Origin: an uncultured Acidobacteriota bacterium
Lineage (GTDB): Bacteria; Acidobacteriota; Thermoanaerobaculia; UBA5066; Gp7-AA6
Direction: 5' to 3'
NCBI GenBank assembly: GCA_963843325.1
Contig: CAWJKC010000003.1
Location: 520,160 to 584,159 of the forward strand
Length of the DNA: 64,000 nt
The translations under genes and the position numbers were made by a program. How positions within the stretch are numbered: the first letter of the stretch is position 1; every line of letters begins with the position of its first letter. Below the pieces are notes generated by a model. That model worked only from the letters and a program-made list of their open reading frames with translations, was not told where the DNA came from and searched no databases. This document shows, piece after piece, positions 40,412 to 52,274 of the stretch.

Positions 40412-41574
40412 GGAGCCGGGGTCTCGACGAGGCGGTTGTACTTCTTCAGAATGCGGCGCAGCTCGTCGTGCGGCAGCGCGCGGACCACGAGGTCGTTGGC
40501 GCCCTTCATGGTGTCGGCGGCGACCATGGCGTTGACGATGGCCTCTTCGACCGACTGGACCGTCGCCGCAAACAGCGGGTTCATCCGGTCGTTCGGCAGG
40601 TCCGTCAGCGCGATGATCCCGGTCGGCTTCGCCGCGCCGGGATTGGCGGTCGAGAACGCGATGAAGATGTCGCCCGAGCCGTTGCCGGCCATCGAGCCAT
40701 CGCGCGCGAGGCCGAGCGCGGCGCGGCGGGCGAGGCGCTTCAACTGGGTCGGCAGCAGCGGCGCGTCCGTCGCGACGACGATGATGATGGAGCCCGCGTC
40801 GTCGTCGCGCGTGCCCGAGCCCGCGATCTCGCGACCGACCGGCACGCCGGCGATGCGCAGGTCCATCTTGCGGCCGTAGTTGCACTGGACGAGCGCGCCG
40901 ACCGTGTAGCCGCCGGCCTCCTCGGACAGCTTGCGCGAGGACGTGCCGATGCCGCCCTTGAAGCCGTTGCAGACCATGCCGGTGCCGCCGCCGACGCTGC
41001 CCTCCGCGACGCGGCCCGACGCCGCGGTCGAGAGGGCCTCGAACACGTTGGCCTCCCTGACGTGGAACCCGTTGATGTCGTTCAGCTCGCCGTCCCACGT
41101 CTCGGCCACCACGGGGTTGGACCACCAGTATCCCGTCGCGTCGGCGTCGCCCTGCTTGATCCTCCAGGCGATCGTCGCGTCGTGCACCGTGCCGACGCTG
41201 TGCGTGTTCGTGATCATGACGGGCCCCTCGAGAAAGCCCGATTCCTCGACCCAGGTCGTCCCCGTCATCTCGCCCGCGCCGTTCAAGGCGAACCAGCCGG
41301 CGAAGACGGGGTCGTTGTCCGTCGCCTTGCCGCGCGGCACCACCGCGGTGACGCCCGTGCGCACGGGGCCCTTGCCGACCTCGAGCTTGCCGGAGCCCTG
41401 GATGATCGTGCTGTGCCCGACCGTCACACCGCGCACGTCGGTGATGGCGTTGGCGGGGCCCGGCGTCCCGTCGAAGGGAACGCCGAGGTCGCGGGCGCGC
41501 GGCTTGTCCGCGGCGCGGGCGGCCGAGACCGCGAAGAGACACACGACGAGCAAGGCGGACGCGCTTCGTTTCAT
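40408..41574 (-). CDS. P1/S58-family peptidase (DmpA/L-aminopeptidase-like), secreted
   Basis: Intact 388-aa ORF with a signal peptide: ITDVRGVTVGH, TGVTAV, NGAGE, ITNTHSVG, GGGTGMVCNGFKGGIGTSS. Confidence 0.85.
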   Translation of the reverse strand: MKRSASALLVVCLFAVSAARAADKPRARDLGVPFDGTPGPANAITDVRGVTVGHSTIIQGSGKLEVGKGPVRTGVTAVVPRGKATDNDPVFAGWFALNGAGEMTGTTWVEESGFLEGPVMITNTHSVGTVHDATIAWRIKQGDADATGYWWSNPVVAETWDGELNDINGFHVREANVFEALSTAASGRVAEGSVGGGTGMVCNGFKGGIGTSSRKLSEEAGGYTVGALVQCNYGRKMDLRIAGVPVGREIAGSGTRDDDAGSIIIVVATDAPLLPTQLKRLARRAALGLARDGSMAGNGSGDIFIAFSTANPGAAKPTGIIALTDLPNDRMNPLFAATVQSVEEAIVNAMVAADTMKGANDLVVRALPHDELRRILKKYNRLVETPAP

Positions 41575-41672
41575 GCGCGGGAGTCTACCGCCGGCAGGGT
41601 TTCGTCGGCGAATTTCGCCGTCCCATCCGCGCGCCGTTTCTCGCCGTCCGGCCGGTGTGGTAGACAGATCGG

Positions 41673-42684
41673 GTGACGAGCGTCGGGATCTACGGCTTCG
41701 GGCGGATCGGGCGCAATCTCTTTCGCCTGCTGCACGCGCGCGAGGACGTGCGGATCGGAGCGATCAGCGACCTCAGCGAGCCGGAAGGCCTCGCCTACCT
41801 GCTGCGCTTCGACACGCTGCTCGGACGCTTCACCGAGGACGTGGCCGTCGAGGACGGGAAGCTCCACGTGGGCGCGCGGCGCATTCCGCTGCTCTCGGGC
41901 AAGGAGCAGCCGGCCGTCCCGCGCTGGGGAGACCTCGGTGTCCACACCGTGCTGGAGGCGACCTCGCGCGGGCGCACGCGCGCGGAGGTCGAGGCGCACC
42001 TGGCCGCCGGGGCGCCGGCGCGTCATCCTCCTCGCCCCGCCGCTCGAGAAGCCCGACGTCACGGTGGTCATGGGCGTCAACGACGCCGCCATCGCGCGCG
42101 AGCACCGCATGGTCTCCAACGCGTCCTCGACCGTGCACTGCCTCACGCCCATCCTCGTCATCCTCGAAGCCGCGTTCGGCATCCGGCGCGCCCTCTTCAC
42201 GACCATCCACTCGTACACGAGCGCCCACCGCCTGGCCGACGTGCCCGCCGAGGACAAGCGCCGCGGCCGCGCGGCCGCCGAGAACATCATCCCGCAGGCC
42301 TCCCGCTCGCCCGCGATGGTGCTCGACCTGCTGCCCGCGCTCTCCGGCAAGCTCACCGGCTACGCGATGAACGTGCCCGTGTCCAACGGCTCGGTCGTCG
42401 ACCTCGTCGTCTGGCACGAGAAGCCCGTCACCCCCGCCGCGATCAACGAGGCCGTCCGCGCCGCCGCCGGCGCGCGAGCGCTGGAAGGGCGTCCTCGACT
42501 ACGAAGACGCGCCGATCGTCTCCTCCGACGTCGCGCGCTCGCGGTTCTCGGCCACGTTCGACTCGCTGGCCACGATGACGCTCGGCCAGAGCGTCTCGAA
42601 GACGCTGTCCTGGTTCGACTCCGGCTACGGCTACGCCCACCGCGCCGTGGACCTCGTCGACCGCTTCGCGGCGCTGGAGAAGGC

Positions 42685-42688
<4 letters not shown>
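41673..42688 (+). CDS. GAPDH-family paralog lacking the catalytic cysteine (Ser at that position), 2 frame breaks
   Basis: GTG 41673: MTSVGIYGFGRIGRNLFR.... The break is near 42010. The next piece is in the frame of ORF 41938..: VVMGVNDAAIAREHRMVSNASSTVHCLTPIL...TTIHSYTS...AAENIIPQASRSPAMV. A second break near 42470 leads to WKGVLDYEDAPIVSSD...WFDSGYGYAHRAVDLVDRFAALEKA, ending at TGA 42686-42688. Confidence 0.75.
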
Positions 42689-45081
<2,393 letters not shown>

Positions 45082-45101
<20 letters not shown>

Positions 45102-45540
45102 GGATCCGCTCCCGCAACCCCGCCATCCGCGCGCGGAGCACGACGACCCGCTCGAGCGCCCGCGGAACCATCGAGATCGCCTTCTCGACGTGGGCGAGCA
45201 GGCGCGGGGCCTGCAGGTCCTGGCGCAGCTGCGCGACGTAGGGCTCGATCTTCGCCCACACGAACAGCGCCTCGCCGCCCGAATCGAAGAAGAGCTCGGG
45301 ATGCAGCACGCCCTGGGCGACGAACGACGCCGCCATGTCCCAGTAGCTCGTCACCATCCGCCAGCTCTCGTTCTCGGGGCCGGCCGAAAGCGCGATGGCC
45401 TTGACGTCCTCGTACGACTGCGGAAAAAACTTCGCGCGATACCACTCGCGGGCGTCGCGCAGCCTGTCCTCGCGCCGCAGCTCGTAGAGCCGCAGCACGA
45501 GCGTGGCATCCTCGTAGGTCGGCGGAATCAGAGCGGGCAT
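45082..45540 (-). CDS. hypothetical protein
   Basis: Intact 152-aa ORF with a non-Arg-biased composition (MPALIPPTYEDATLVLRLYELRREDRLRDAREWYRAKFFPQSYEDVK...). RBS ggagg upstream. No family recognised. Confidence 0.6.
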
Positions 45541-45586
45541 CGCAACCTCCGTTGGCGTTCGGAGGCGGATCTTACCCGAGGCCGCG

Positions 45587-45949
45587 TCACTCGTCTTCGG
45601 GCGCGACGATCGCCTGGGCCGTCAGCAGCTCGCGCGCGTCGGCTTCATCCTCCTCGAGCACCTGCAGCCGGATCGGCCCCATCGCGACGTTGTAGCCGGC
45701 GCCGATGCCTCCCCAGCCGAAGAGGTTCTGGAGCCGCTCGTTGCGCGCGATGCTGACGATTCCCGCGGAATCGAGGATCGATTTCGCGACCGCGATCAGC
45801 GTCTGGTCGCCGGTTTCGAGCACCGTCGCCATCGCGACGGGCCCGGGCGCCTCCGGCGCGGCCGGGGGGCTCGCGACGAGGTCGGTGTCGCAGTCCGCGC
45901 AGCGCGAGAAGCCCGCGCGGTACTCGTCGCCGCAGTTCGGGCAGAACAC
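45587..45949 (-). CDS. zinc-ribbon + DUF2007-like (putative signal-transducing) small protein
   Basis: GTG 45949 within ORF 45587..46477: (M)FCPNCGDEYRAGFSRCADCDTDL...VLETGDQTLIAVAKSILDSAGI...RLQVLEEDEADARELL. Confidence 0.65.
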   Translation of the reverse strand: MFCPNCGDEYRAGFSRCADCDTDLVASPPAAPEAPGPVAMATVLETGDQTLIAVAKSILDSAGIVSIARNERLQNLFGWGGIGAGYNVAMGPIRLQVLEEDEADARELLTAQAIVAPEDE

Positions 45950-45951
45950 GG

Positions 45952-47091
45952 CTACTTCGCCATCAGGACGAAGACGGCGCGGCCTTCGCTGCTCATCACC
46001 ACGGCGTCGGCCTTGCGGTCGCCGTTCAGGTCCACGAGCAGGACGCGCTCGGGCTTGTCGGGGACGGGAACCCGAACCGTGCGCGCGGGCGACAGGCCGT
46101 CGCGTCCGCCGAGCGCGACCGTGAGGTCGGACCCGCCGAAGTCGGCGGTCGCGACGTCGACGAAGCCGTCGCCGTTGATGTCGCCCGCCGAAAGCTGGAA
46201 CGGACCGCGGCCGGTCGCCAGGCGCGGGCCGAGCCGGAACGCGCCCTTGCCGTCGCCGAGCAGAAACGAAATCGCGTCGTCGCTCGGATCGGTGATCTGG
46301 CCGGAGTAGTTCGAGAACGCGAGGTCCGGGAAGCCGTCGTGGTTCAGATCGCCGACGTCGACGGTGAACGGGGCCGGGCCCGCGGGAATCGGGTTGCCGG
46401 CCTGGAAATGGCCGCGCCCGTCGCCGAGCAGCACCGTGACGACACCCTGTCCGTAGCTCGGCGCGACGATGTCGCACCTGCCGTCGCCGTTGACGTCGGC
46501 AAACTTCAGGTTCCGGTAGGGCTTGCGGCCGACCGGGATCGGCGTCCCGGGCGTCTGAAACCCTCCCTTGCCGTCGCCGAGCAGGAGCGTGAGCCCTTCC
46601 TCCGCCCAGCTGTCGATCACGAGGTCGAGGTTGCCGTCTCCGTTCACGTCGCAGCCGGCGATCGCGTGCGGATGCGGCTTGCTGTGGACCGCCAGCGGCG
46701 ATCCGGGCGCCGGACGAAGGCCGCCCTTGCCGTCGCCGAGCAGGATCGTGACGAAGCTCGTCTCGTGGTTGGCGATGGCCACGTCCGGGTGTCCGTCCCG
46801 ATCGAAGTCGCCGACGAACATCTCGGTCGGGTGGTCGCCCGCGGGCGCCGAGGCTCCCGGACGCAGGCCGCCCTGCCCGTCCCCGATCAGGACGATCACG
46901 TCGCCCGTGCCCTCGCTCGCGACGAGGATGTCGGTCTTCCCGTCCCCGTTGAAGTCGCCGGAGGCAAGCGCGACGGGCTGCCGGGCGGCGCCGACCGCGA
47001 CGCGCAACGGCGGGCCCAAGGGTGACACCGGATCCGCCGCGAGCCCCGGCCGGGCCGCCGCCAGCAAGGCGACGACGGCCGCCGCTTTCAT
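45952..47091 (-). CDS. secreted FG-GAP/VCBS repeat protein
   Basis: ATG 47091 within ORF 45952..47958: MKAAAVVALLAAARPGLA, then seven repeats of the form GDFNGDGKTDILV, GDFDRDGHPDVAI, CDVNGDGNLDLVI, ADVNGDGRCDIV, GDLNHDGFPDLAF, GDINGDGFVDVAT, VDLNGDRKADAVV. ATGA overlap with the upstream gene. Confidence 0.85.
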   Translation of the reverse strand: MKAAAVVALLAAARPGLAADPVSPLGPPLRVAVGAARQPVALASGDFNGDGKTDILVASEGTGDVIVLIGDGQGGLRPGASAPAGDHPTEMFVGDFDRDGHPDVAIANHETSFVTILLGDGKGGLRPAPGSPLAVHSKPHPHAIAGCDVNGDGNLDLVIDSWAEEGLTLLLGDGKGGFQTPGTPIPVGRKPYRNLKFADVNGDGRCDIVAPSYGQGVVTVLLGDGRGHFQAGNPIPAGPAPFTVDVGDLNHDGFPDLAFSNYSGQITDPSDDAISFLLGDGKGAFRLGPRLATGRGPFQLSAGDINGDGFVDVATADFGGSDLTVALGGRDGLSPARTVRVPVPDKPERVLLVDLNGDRKADAVVMSSEGRAVFVLMAK

Positions 47092-47948
47092 TTCCCCTCT
47101 GAGAACACCCGCGCGTGATCCTTTGCGAACTGCCGGAACGTGTGCGGCTTTCTCTTCGTGACCTCGGCGACCGTGTTCGTCACGCCGGCGCCGTAGCCCT
47201 CGCGGAACGAGGCGGTCAGGATGATCATGTCGTCGGCGAGCCAGCGCGGCACGCCGTCGGCGAGCATCTGCTTCTTCGCGTACTCGGGCGGCACGTGGAC
47301 GTAGGACACCTTCTTTCCGATCGCTTCCGAGATCGCGTCGGCAACGGCGTCGTACGAGAGCGCTTCGGGCCCCGTGAGGTCGTAGATGTGACGGCTGTGA
47401 CCCTCCTCCATGAGGGCGCAGACGGCGACCTCGGCAACGTCCCGCGTGTCCACGAGAGCGATCTCTCCCGTGCCCATCGGCGCCGAGAAGGTGCCCCGCG
47501 CCGCGATCGAGGGCGCGTAGGCGTACATCTGCTGCATGTAGATCGTCGGCCGCAGGAACGTGAAGTCGATGCCGGACGCCTCGATCTGCTTTTCCGTGGC
47601 CCAGTGCCAGCGCCCGATCTGCGTGCCGGCATCCGGGCCGCCCGCGACGGAGACCTTGACGACGCGCTGGATGCCCGCGCGCAGGCCGGCCGTGAGCGCA
47701 TTGGCCTGGAGCTCGACCTGGTCGGGCGCGGCGGGCGTCAGCAGGAAGAGGCGGTCGATGCCCGCGAACGCGGCGTCGAGGGTCTCCGGCTTTGCGAGAT
47801 CCCCCACCGCGATCTCGATGCCCGGGATGCGGATGTGGGAGGCGGCTGCGGGGTCGCGTACCAGGGCCCGCGCCGCAACGCCCGCGGCCGCGAGCTGGCG
47901 GACGACCTCCTGCCCGACCTTTCCCGTTGCGCCTGTTACGAGGATCAC
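47088..47948 (-). CDS. NmrA-like / SDR-family NAD(P)H-binding oxidoreductase
   Basis: Intact 286-aa ORF (GTG start): MILVTGATGKVGQEVVRQL, with NmrA-type spacing. Confidence 0.85.
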   Translation of the reverse strand: MILVTGATGKVGQEVVRQLAAAGVAARALVRDPAAASHIRIPGIEIAVGDLAKPETLDAAFAGIDRLFLLTPAAPDQVELQANALTAGLRAGIQRVVKVSVAGGPDAGTQIGRWHWATEKQIEASGIDFTFLRPTIYMQQMYAYAPSIAARGTFSAPMGTGEIALVDTRDVAEVAVCALMEEGHSRHIYDLTGPEALSYDAVADAISEAIGKKVSYVHVPPEYAKKQMLADGVPRWLADDMIILTASFREGYGAGVTNTVAEVTKRKPHTFRQFAKDHARVFSEGK

Positions 47949-48021
47949 GGTGCATCACCTCTCTCGAGCCCGATGCGCGTGAATGCTGCGAGGATCATTT
48001 CACACCCCCGCGGCGGGGCGT

Positions 48022-48987
48022 TCACGGGATGAGCAGGACCTTGCCGGTCGTCTGTCGTCCCTCGAGGGCGCGGTGCGCGTCGGCGGTCTCCGAGAGCGGG
48101 AACTCCCGGCCGATCCGCAACTTGAGCCGGCCGTCCCGGATCCAGGACAGCACGTCGCCGGCGCGCGCGACGAGCTCCTCGCGCGTCGCGATGTACTGAA
48201 AGAGTGTCGGCCGCGTCAGGAAGAGGGACCCGCCCGCCAGCAACTGCACGTCGATGGGCCCGACGGGCCCGCTCGACTGCCCGAAGAGCGCCATCATGCC
48301 GCGCTGCGCGAGGCAGGCGAAGCCCTTCTCGAACGTCGTCTTTCCCACCGAGTCGTACACGGCCTGGACGCCGGCGCCGGACGTGAAGCGCTTCACCTCG
48401 GCAACGAAGTCCTGCCGCGTGTAGTCGATCGTCGCGTCGGCGCCCGCCTCGCGGGCGAGCTTCGCCTTTTCTTCCGTCGAGACCGTGCCGATCACGCGCG
48501 CCCCGCGCATCTTCGCGATCTGCGTCAGCAGCAGGCCCACGCCCCCGGCCGCGGCGTGGACGAGGCAGGCGTCGCCCGGCTTCAGCGGATAGACCGTGCA
48601 CGCGAGGTACTGCGCCGTCATGCCCTGCAGCATCGCCGCGGCGCCATGGCGCGTGTCGACGCCGTCGGGCAGCTTCACCAGGCGTTCCGCGGGAACCGCG
48701 GCCTGTTCGGCGTAGGCGCCGACGACGCCCGCCCACGCGACGCGGTCGCCCACGGCGACGTCCTTCACGTCCGCGGCGACGGACAGCACCGTTCCCGCGC
48801 CCTCCCGGCCGAGCGTGATCGGCAGCTCCACCTTGTAGAGCCCCGTGCGGTTGTAGACGTCGATGAAGTTGAGGCCCGCCGCCTCGACGCGCACGACCGC
48901 CTCGCCGGACTTCGGCTGCGGCTCGGGCACGTCCTCGTAGCGCAGGACCTCCGGGCCGCCGGTCGCGTGGACGCGGACGGCCTTCAT
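48022..48987 (-). CDS. qor: NADPH:quinone oxidoreductase (zeta-crystallin type MDR)
   Basis: ATG 48987 within ORF 48022..49983: MKAVRVHATGGPEVLRYEDVPEPQPKSGEAVVRVEAAGLNFIDVYNRTGLY...AAAGGVGLLLTQIAK...GKVLLIP. 321 aa uninterrupted. Confidence 0.88.
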   Translation of the reverse strand: MKAVRVHATGGPEVLRYEDVPEPQPKSGEAVVRVEAAGLNFIDVYNRTGLYKVELPITLGREGAGTVLSVAADVKDVAVGDRVAWAGVVGAYAEQAAVPAERLVKLPDGVDTRHGAAAMLQGMTAQYLACTVYPLKPGDACLVHAAAGGVGLLLTQIAKMRGARVIGTVSTEEKAKLAREAGADATIDYTRQDFVAEVKRFTSGAGVQAVYDSVGKTTFEKGFACLAQRGMMALFGQSSGPVGPIDVQLLAGGSLFLTRPTLFQYIATREELVARAGDVLSWIRDGRLKLRIGREFPLSETADAHRALEGRQTTGKVLLIP

Positions 48988-49983
48988 CAATCGGTCTTCG
49001 CGTCCGGGAACGGATTGATCTTCTTCTTGATGGGCTTGACCGTCTTCAGGTAGTCGTAGATGGCGCCGAGATCCTCGCGCGTCATGCCCGCATAGCGCGA
49101 CCAGCCCATGACCGTGTTCCTGCCCGGCGGCGCGACCGGCGAGTTGTCGGCATCGAGCCCTTCGAAGGACTTGAAGCGGCCGATGAACGCCTCCCGGCGT
49201 CGTCTGCCCCATGAAGTTGTCCGGATCGGGGGTGATGTTGGCCGACACGACCCGCCCCCAGGGGCCGACCATCAGCCATCCGCCCGAGTAATCCATTCCG
49301 GGGACGAGCTGACCCTTGTCGTCGTGCGGTGTGTGGCAATCACGGCAGCCCGCGATCGTGACGAGATACTTGCCATAGGCCTGGGTGTCCTTCGAATCCG
49401 GCGCCAGGACGGGCCCGGTGACCGGCCTTGGGGAGAACTTGACGAGCAGGTTCACCGGGAAGTCGAGCTCGCGCGGCGCGATCTCGTGGCGAACGGGCTT
49501 GAGCGTCCGCAGGTAGACCAGGATCGAGCGCATGTCTTCGTCGCCGAGCTCGTGAAAACCGGCGTAGGGCATCATCGGGAAGAGGGCCTTGCCCTTGCGG
49601 TCGACGCCCTCGCGCACCGCGCGGATCACCTCGCCGTCGGTCCAGGCGCCGATGCCGAATTCCGGATCCGGCGTGATGTTCTGCGCCTGCACGCGCCCCG
49701 GCACGCCGAGTTTCTTGTCGAAGACGAACCCGCCCTGTCCCTCGGTGCCTGCCTTGATGGGAATCGCAAAGCGATCCCCGAGGACCTCGGAGTGGCAGGG
49801 CAGGCAGTCCGCGACGTGGTGGACCAGGTACTTTCCGCGGGCCAGGCGCTCCGGCGTCGCCTCGACCTTCTCGGTCGACGCGGGGCGGCGGTCCGGAGAC
49901 CGCAGTGCCAGCCAGGCGAGCAGGCCTCCCACGGCCACCACGACCGCCGCGACGATCCAGCCCAGGACCTTCAGAAACTTCAT
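48987..49983 (-). CDS. membrane-anchored dihaem cytochrome c, one frame break
   Basis: MKFLKVLGWIVAAVVVAVGGLLAWL (anchor) and two CxxCH sites (CLPCH, CRDCH). The break is at the CCC run 49193-49195, after which the real C-terminus reads EAFIGRFKSFEGLDADNSPV...MTREDLGAIYDYLKTVKPIKKKINPFPDAKTD. The stop shares one nt with the qor ATG. Confidence 0.8.
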
Positions 49984-50004
49984 CTCACTCCTCCGCTGCG
50001 GAAA

Positions 50005-50433
50005 CTAATTGACCGGCTCTTCCGGGAGCCCCTCGCCGGTCGGCGAGGGCGATGCGTGATGGTGAACCAGGCGCCACTCCCCGTCCACGCGGCCGAACAG
50101 GTTGGTCGCCTGCATGCGCGCGGCCTCCGACTCTTCCTCCGCGCCGAACGGGACGATGACCTCCACGCAGGTGACCCAGGCGAGGTCCCCGGCGAGCGCG
50201 ATGCGGATGTCCTCGCAGGAGACGGCCCAGGGACGCGAATTCGTGAAGATGTTCTCCCACGAGCGCTCGACCTCGTCCCAGCCGTCCAGGCGGTGCCAGC
50301 CGGGGTGGACGCAGCTGACCGACTCGTCGTGGTACCAGACCCGGGCCATGGTTTCGAGGTCGCGCGCCTCGAGGGCGCGGTAAAAGGCGAGGTTGGCGTC
50401 GGCAACCGCTGTCGCTTCCGGCGTCACCCTCAT
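50005..50433 (-). CDS. NTF2-like (SnoaL/DUF4440-type) protein
   Basis: Intact 142-aa ORF: ANLAFYRALEARDLETMARVWYHDESVSCVHPGW...NLFGRVDGEWRLVHHHAS. Confidence 0.8.
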   Translation of the reverse strand: MRVTPEATAVADANLAFYRALEARDLETMARVWYHDESVSCVHPGWHRLDGWDEVERSWENIFTNSRPWAVSCEDIRIALAGDLAWVTCVEVIVPFGAEEESEAARMQATNLFGRVDGEWRLVHHHASPSPTGEGLPEEPVN

Positions 50434-50450
50434 ACGATATACCGCAGTTC

Positions 50451-51200
50451 ATGGTCGACGACACCGGCATCGGCGAAGGCTCGGGCAGGTTCCCGGCGAC
50501 GCGGCATTCCGCCGTCCTCGCCGCGCAGAGCGGCGACCTGATCGAGCGCGAGCGCGGCCTCGCGATCCTCGTCGCGGCTTACTGGAAGCCCATCTACAAG
50601 TACCTGCGCATCCGGCACCGCGAGGGCAACGAGGACGCGAAGGACCTGACGCAGGGTTTCTTCGCCCGCGCCCTCGAGAAGGAGTTCTTCGCGGCCTACG
50701 ACCCGGACAAGGGCAGCTTCCGCACGTACCTGCGCGTCTGCCTCGACCGCTACGTGGCCAACGAGCGAAAGGCCGCGCAGCGCCTGAAGCGCTCGCCGGG
50801 ATCGCCGGTCGTGCCGCTCGACTTCGACGTCGCCGAGGGCGAGCTCGCGCGCGCCGAGCCCGCGGCCGGCCGGACCATGGAACAGTACTTCCACGACGAG
50901 TTCGTGCGCAGCCTCTTTGCCCTCTCCGTCGACACGCTGCGCGAGGAGTGCGCGCTGCGCGGCAAGGACCTGCCCTTCCGACTCTTCGAACGTTACGAGC
51001 TCGACCGGGACCCCGAGGAGCGGGTCACGTACGAACGGATGGCCGAGGAACTGAACATCCCGGTCACGCAGGTCACGAACTTCCTCGCCTTCGCGCGGCG
51101 CGAGTTCCGGCGCATCGTGCTCGAGAAGCTGCGCGAGATCACGACGAGCGACCGGGAATTCCGCGAGGAGGCCCGGGGCCTCCTCGGCGTGTCGGAATGA
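50451..51200 (+). CDS. sigma-70 family (ECF-like, kinase-associated type) RNA polymerase sigma factor
   Basis: Intact 249-aa ORF. Region 2-like YWKPIYKYLRIRHREGNEDAKDLTQGFF, and region 4-like VTYERMAEELNIPVTQVTNFLAFARREFR. The stop overlaps the kinase ATG. Confidence 0.75.
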   Translation: MVDDTGIGEGSGRFPATRHSAVLAAQSGDLIERERGLAILVAAYWKPIYKYLRIRHREGNEDAKDLTQGFFARALEKEFFAAYDPDKGSFRTYLRVCLDRYVANERKAAQRLKRSPGSPVVPLDFDVAEGELARAEPAAGRTMEQYFHDEFVRSLFALSVDTLREECALRGKDLPFRLFERYELDRDPEERVTYERMAEELNIPVTQVTNFLAFARREFRRIVLEKLREITTSDREFREEARGLLGVSE

Positions 51201-52228
51201 GGTGGCTCTCCGACGAGACGGTGCGGCACCTCAAGGCCGTCGCCGAGTGGCCGGACCTCGGCGAGACGAAGTACCGTCCGCTCGAGGAGCTCGGCCGCGG
51301 CGGAATGTCCACGGTCTACCTCGCCGAGGACACGGTCCTCGGCCGCCGCGTGGCTTTGAAGGTCGTCGCGACCGCCGCGTCGCGCCCGGAGATCGTCGAG
51401 CGCATGCGGACGGAGGCGCGCGTCATCGCCCGGCTCGAGCATCCGGGAATCGTCCCCGTGCACGACGCGGGCATGCTCCCGGACGGACGCGTCTACTACG
51501 CGATGAAGCGCGTGGACGGCAAGCGCCTCGACGAGCTCGCCGGGACGATGGCGCTGCCCGAGCGCCTGCGCGCCTTCCAGCGCATCTGCGAGGCGGTGGC
51601 GTTCGCCCACGCGCACGGCGTCGTGCACCGGGACCTGAAACCCGAGAACGTGATGATCGGCGCCTTCGGCGAAGTGCTCGTCATGGACTGGGGCGTGGCG
51701 AAGGTCCTGGCCGATCCGGACGGCGCGCCTGCCGCCTCGTCGGCCCCGGCGGCCTCCGGCACGGCCGACGGGCAGATCATTGGAACGCTCGCCTACATGG
51801 CGCCCGAGCAGGCGGAAGGATCCGCCGATCGCACCGGGGCCGCCGCGGACGTCTATGCGCTCGGGGCGATCCTGCACTTCCTGCTGACGGGACGGGCGCC
51901 GTTCGACGACGCGGCGGCCGCGCGCCGGGCCCGCGGCGAGGCGCGCCTGGCGCCGACGCCCCCGCGGCGCATCGACCCGGCCATCCCGCGGCCGCTCGAG
52001 TCGATCGTGCTGCGGGCGATGGCGGCCGATCCGGCCGATCGCTACGCCACGGCCGCCGAGCCCGCCGCCGAAGTCGCGCGGTTTCTCGACGGCGAACGCG
52101 TGCTCTCCCACCGGGAGGACCTCTTCGAACGGGCCGGGCGCTTCTTCACGCGCTACCAGGCCCCGATCCTGATCGTGCTCGCCTACCTCGTCGTGCGCAC
52201 GGCCCTGCTCCTGTACGCCAGGCGCTAA
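51197..52228 (+). CDS. Ser/Thr protein kinase with C-terminal membrane anchor
   Basis: ATG 51197 in the frame of ORF 50393..52228: [45 protein letters not shown]-terminal TM helix ILIVLAYLVVRTALLLY. 343 aa uninterrupted. Confidence 0.88.
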   Translation: MRWLSDETVRHLKAVAEWPDLGETKYRPLEELGRGGMSTVYLAEDTVLGRRVALKVVATAASRPEIVERMRTEARVIARLEHPGIVPVHDAGMLPDGRVYYAMKRVDGKRLDELAGTMALPERLRAFQRICEAVAFAHAHGVVHRDLKPENVMIGAFGEVLVMDWGVAKVLADPDGAPAASSAPAASGTADGQIIGTLAYMAPEQAEGSADRTGAAADVYALGAILHFLLTGRAPFDDAAAARRARGEARLAPTPPRRIDPAIPRPLESIVLRAMAADPADRYATAAEPAAEVARFLDGERVLSHREDLFERAGRFFTRYQAPILIVLAYLVVRTALLLYARR

Positions 52229-52274
52229 AGGATTCCCGAGTCGCGTTGAATAGAAGGGTGGAGGCGGAAAATCG

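Noticed and set aside
41606-41620. 15-nt palindrome cggcgaatttcgccg in the divergent region between the S58 peptidase and GAPDH genes (possible operator)
   Set aside because: It is a single short occurrence with no second half-site copy or nearby regulator gene, so it cannot be distinguished from chance.
37088-41676. Giant ORFs 37120..41676 (+, 1518 aa) and 37088..41542 (-, 1484 aa)
   Set aside because: The translations are Arg/Ala/Gly/Pro-rich with no recognisable domains. They run antisense or out of frame through well-supported genes (BNR/sortilin, alpha/beta hydrolase, S58 peptidase). Stop-poor alternative frames are expected at about 70% GC.
48022-49983. Apparent 653-aa cytochrome c::quinone oxidoreductase fusion ORF
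   Set aside because: The linker (GGVHRPLQVLRRARCRQLAG...) is an out-of-frame reading of the cytochrome C-terminus. Removing one C from the run at 49193-49195 gives a normal cytochrome ending ...NPFPDAKTD, whose stop abuts the qor ATG. These are two genes, not a fusion.
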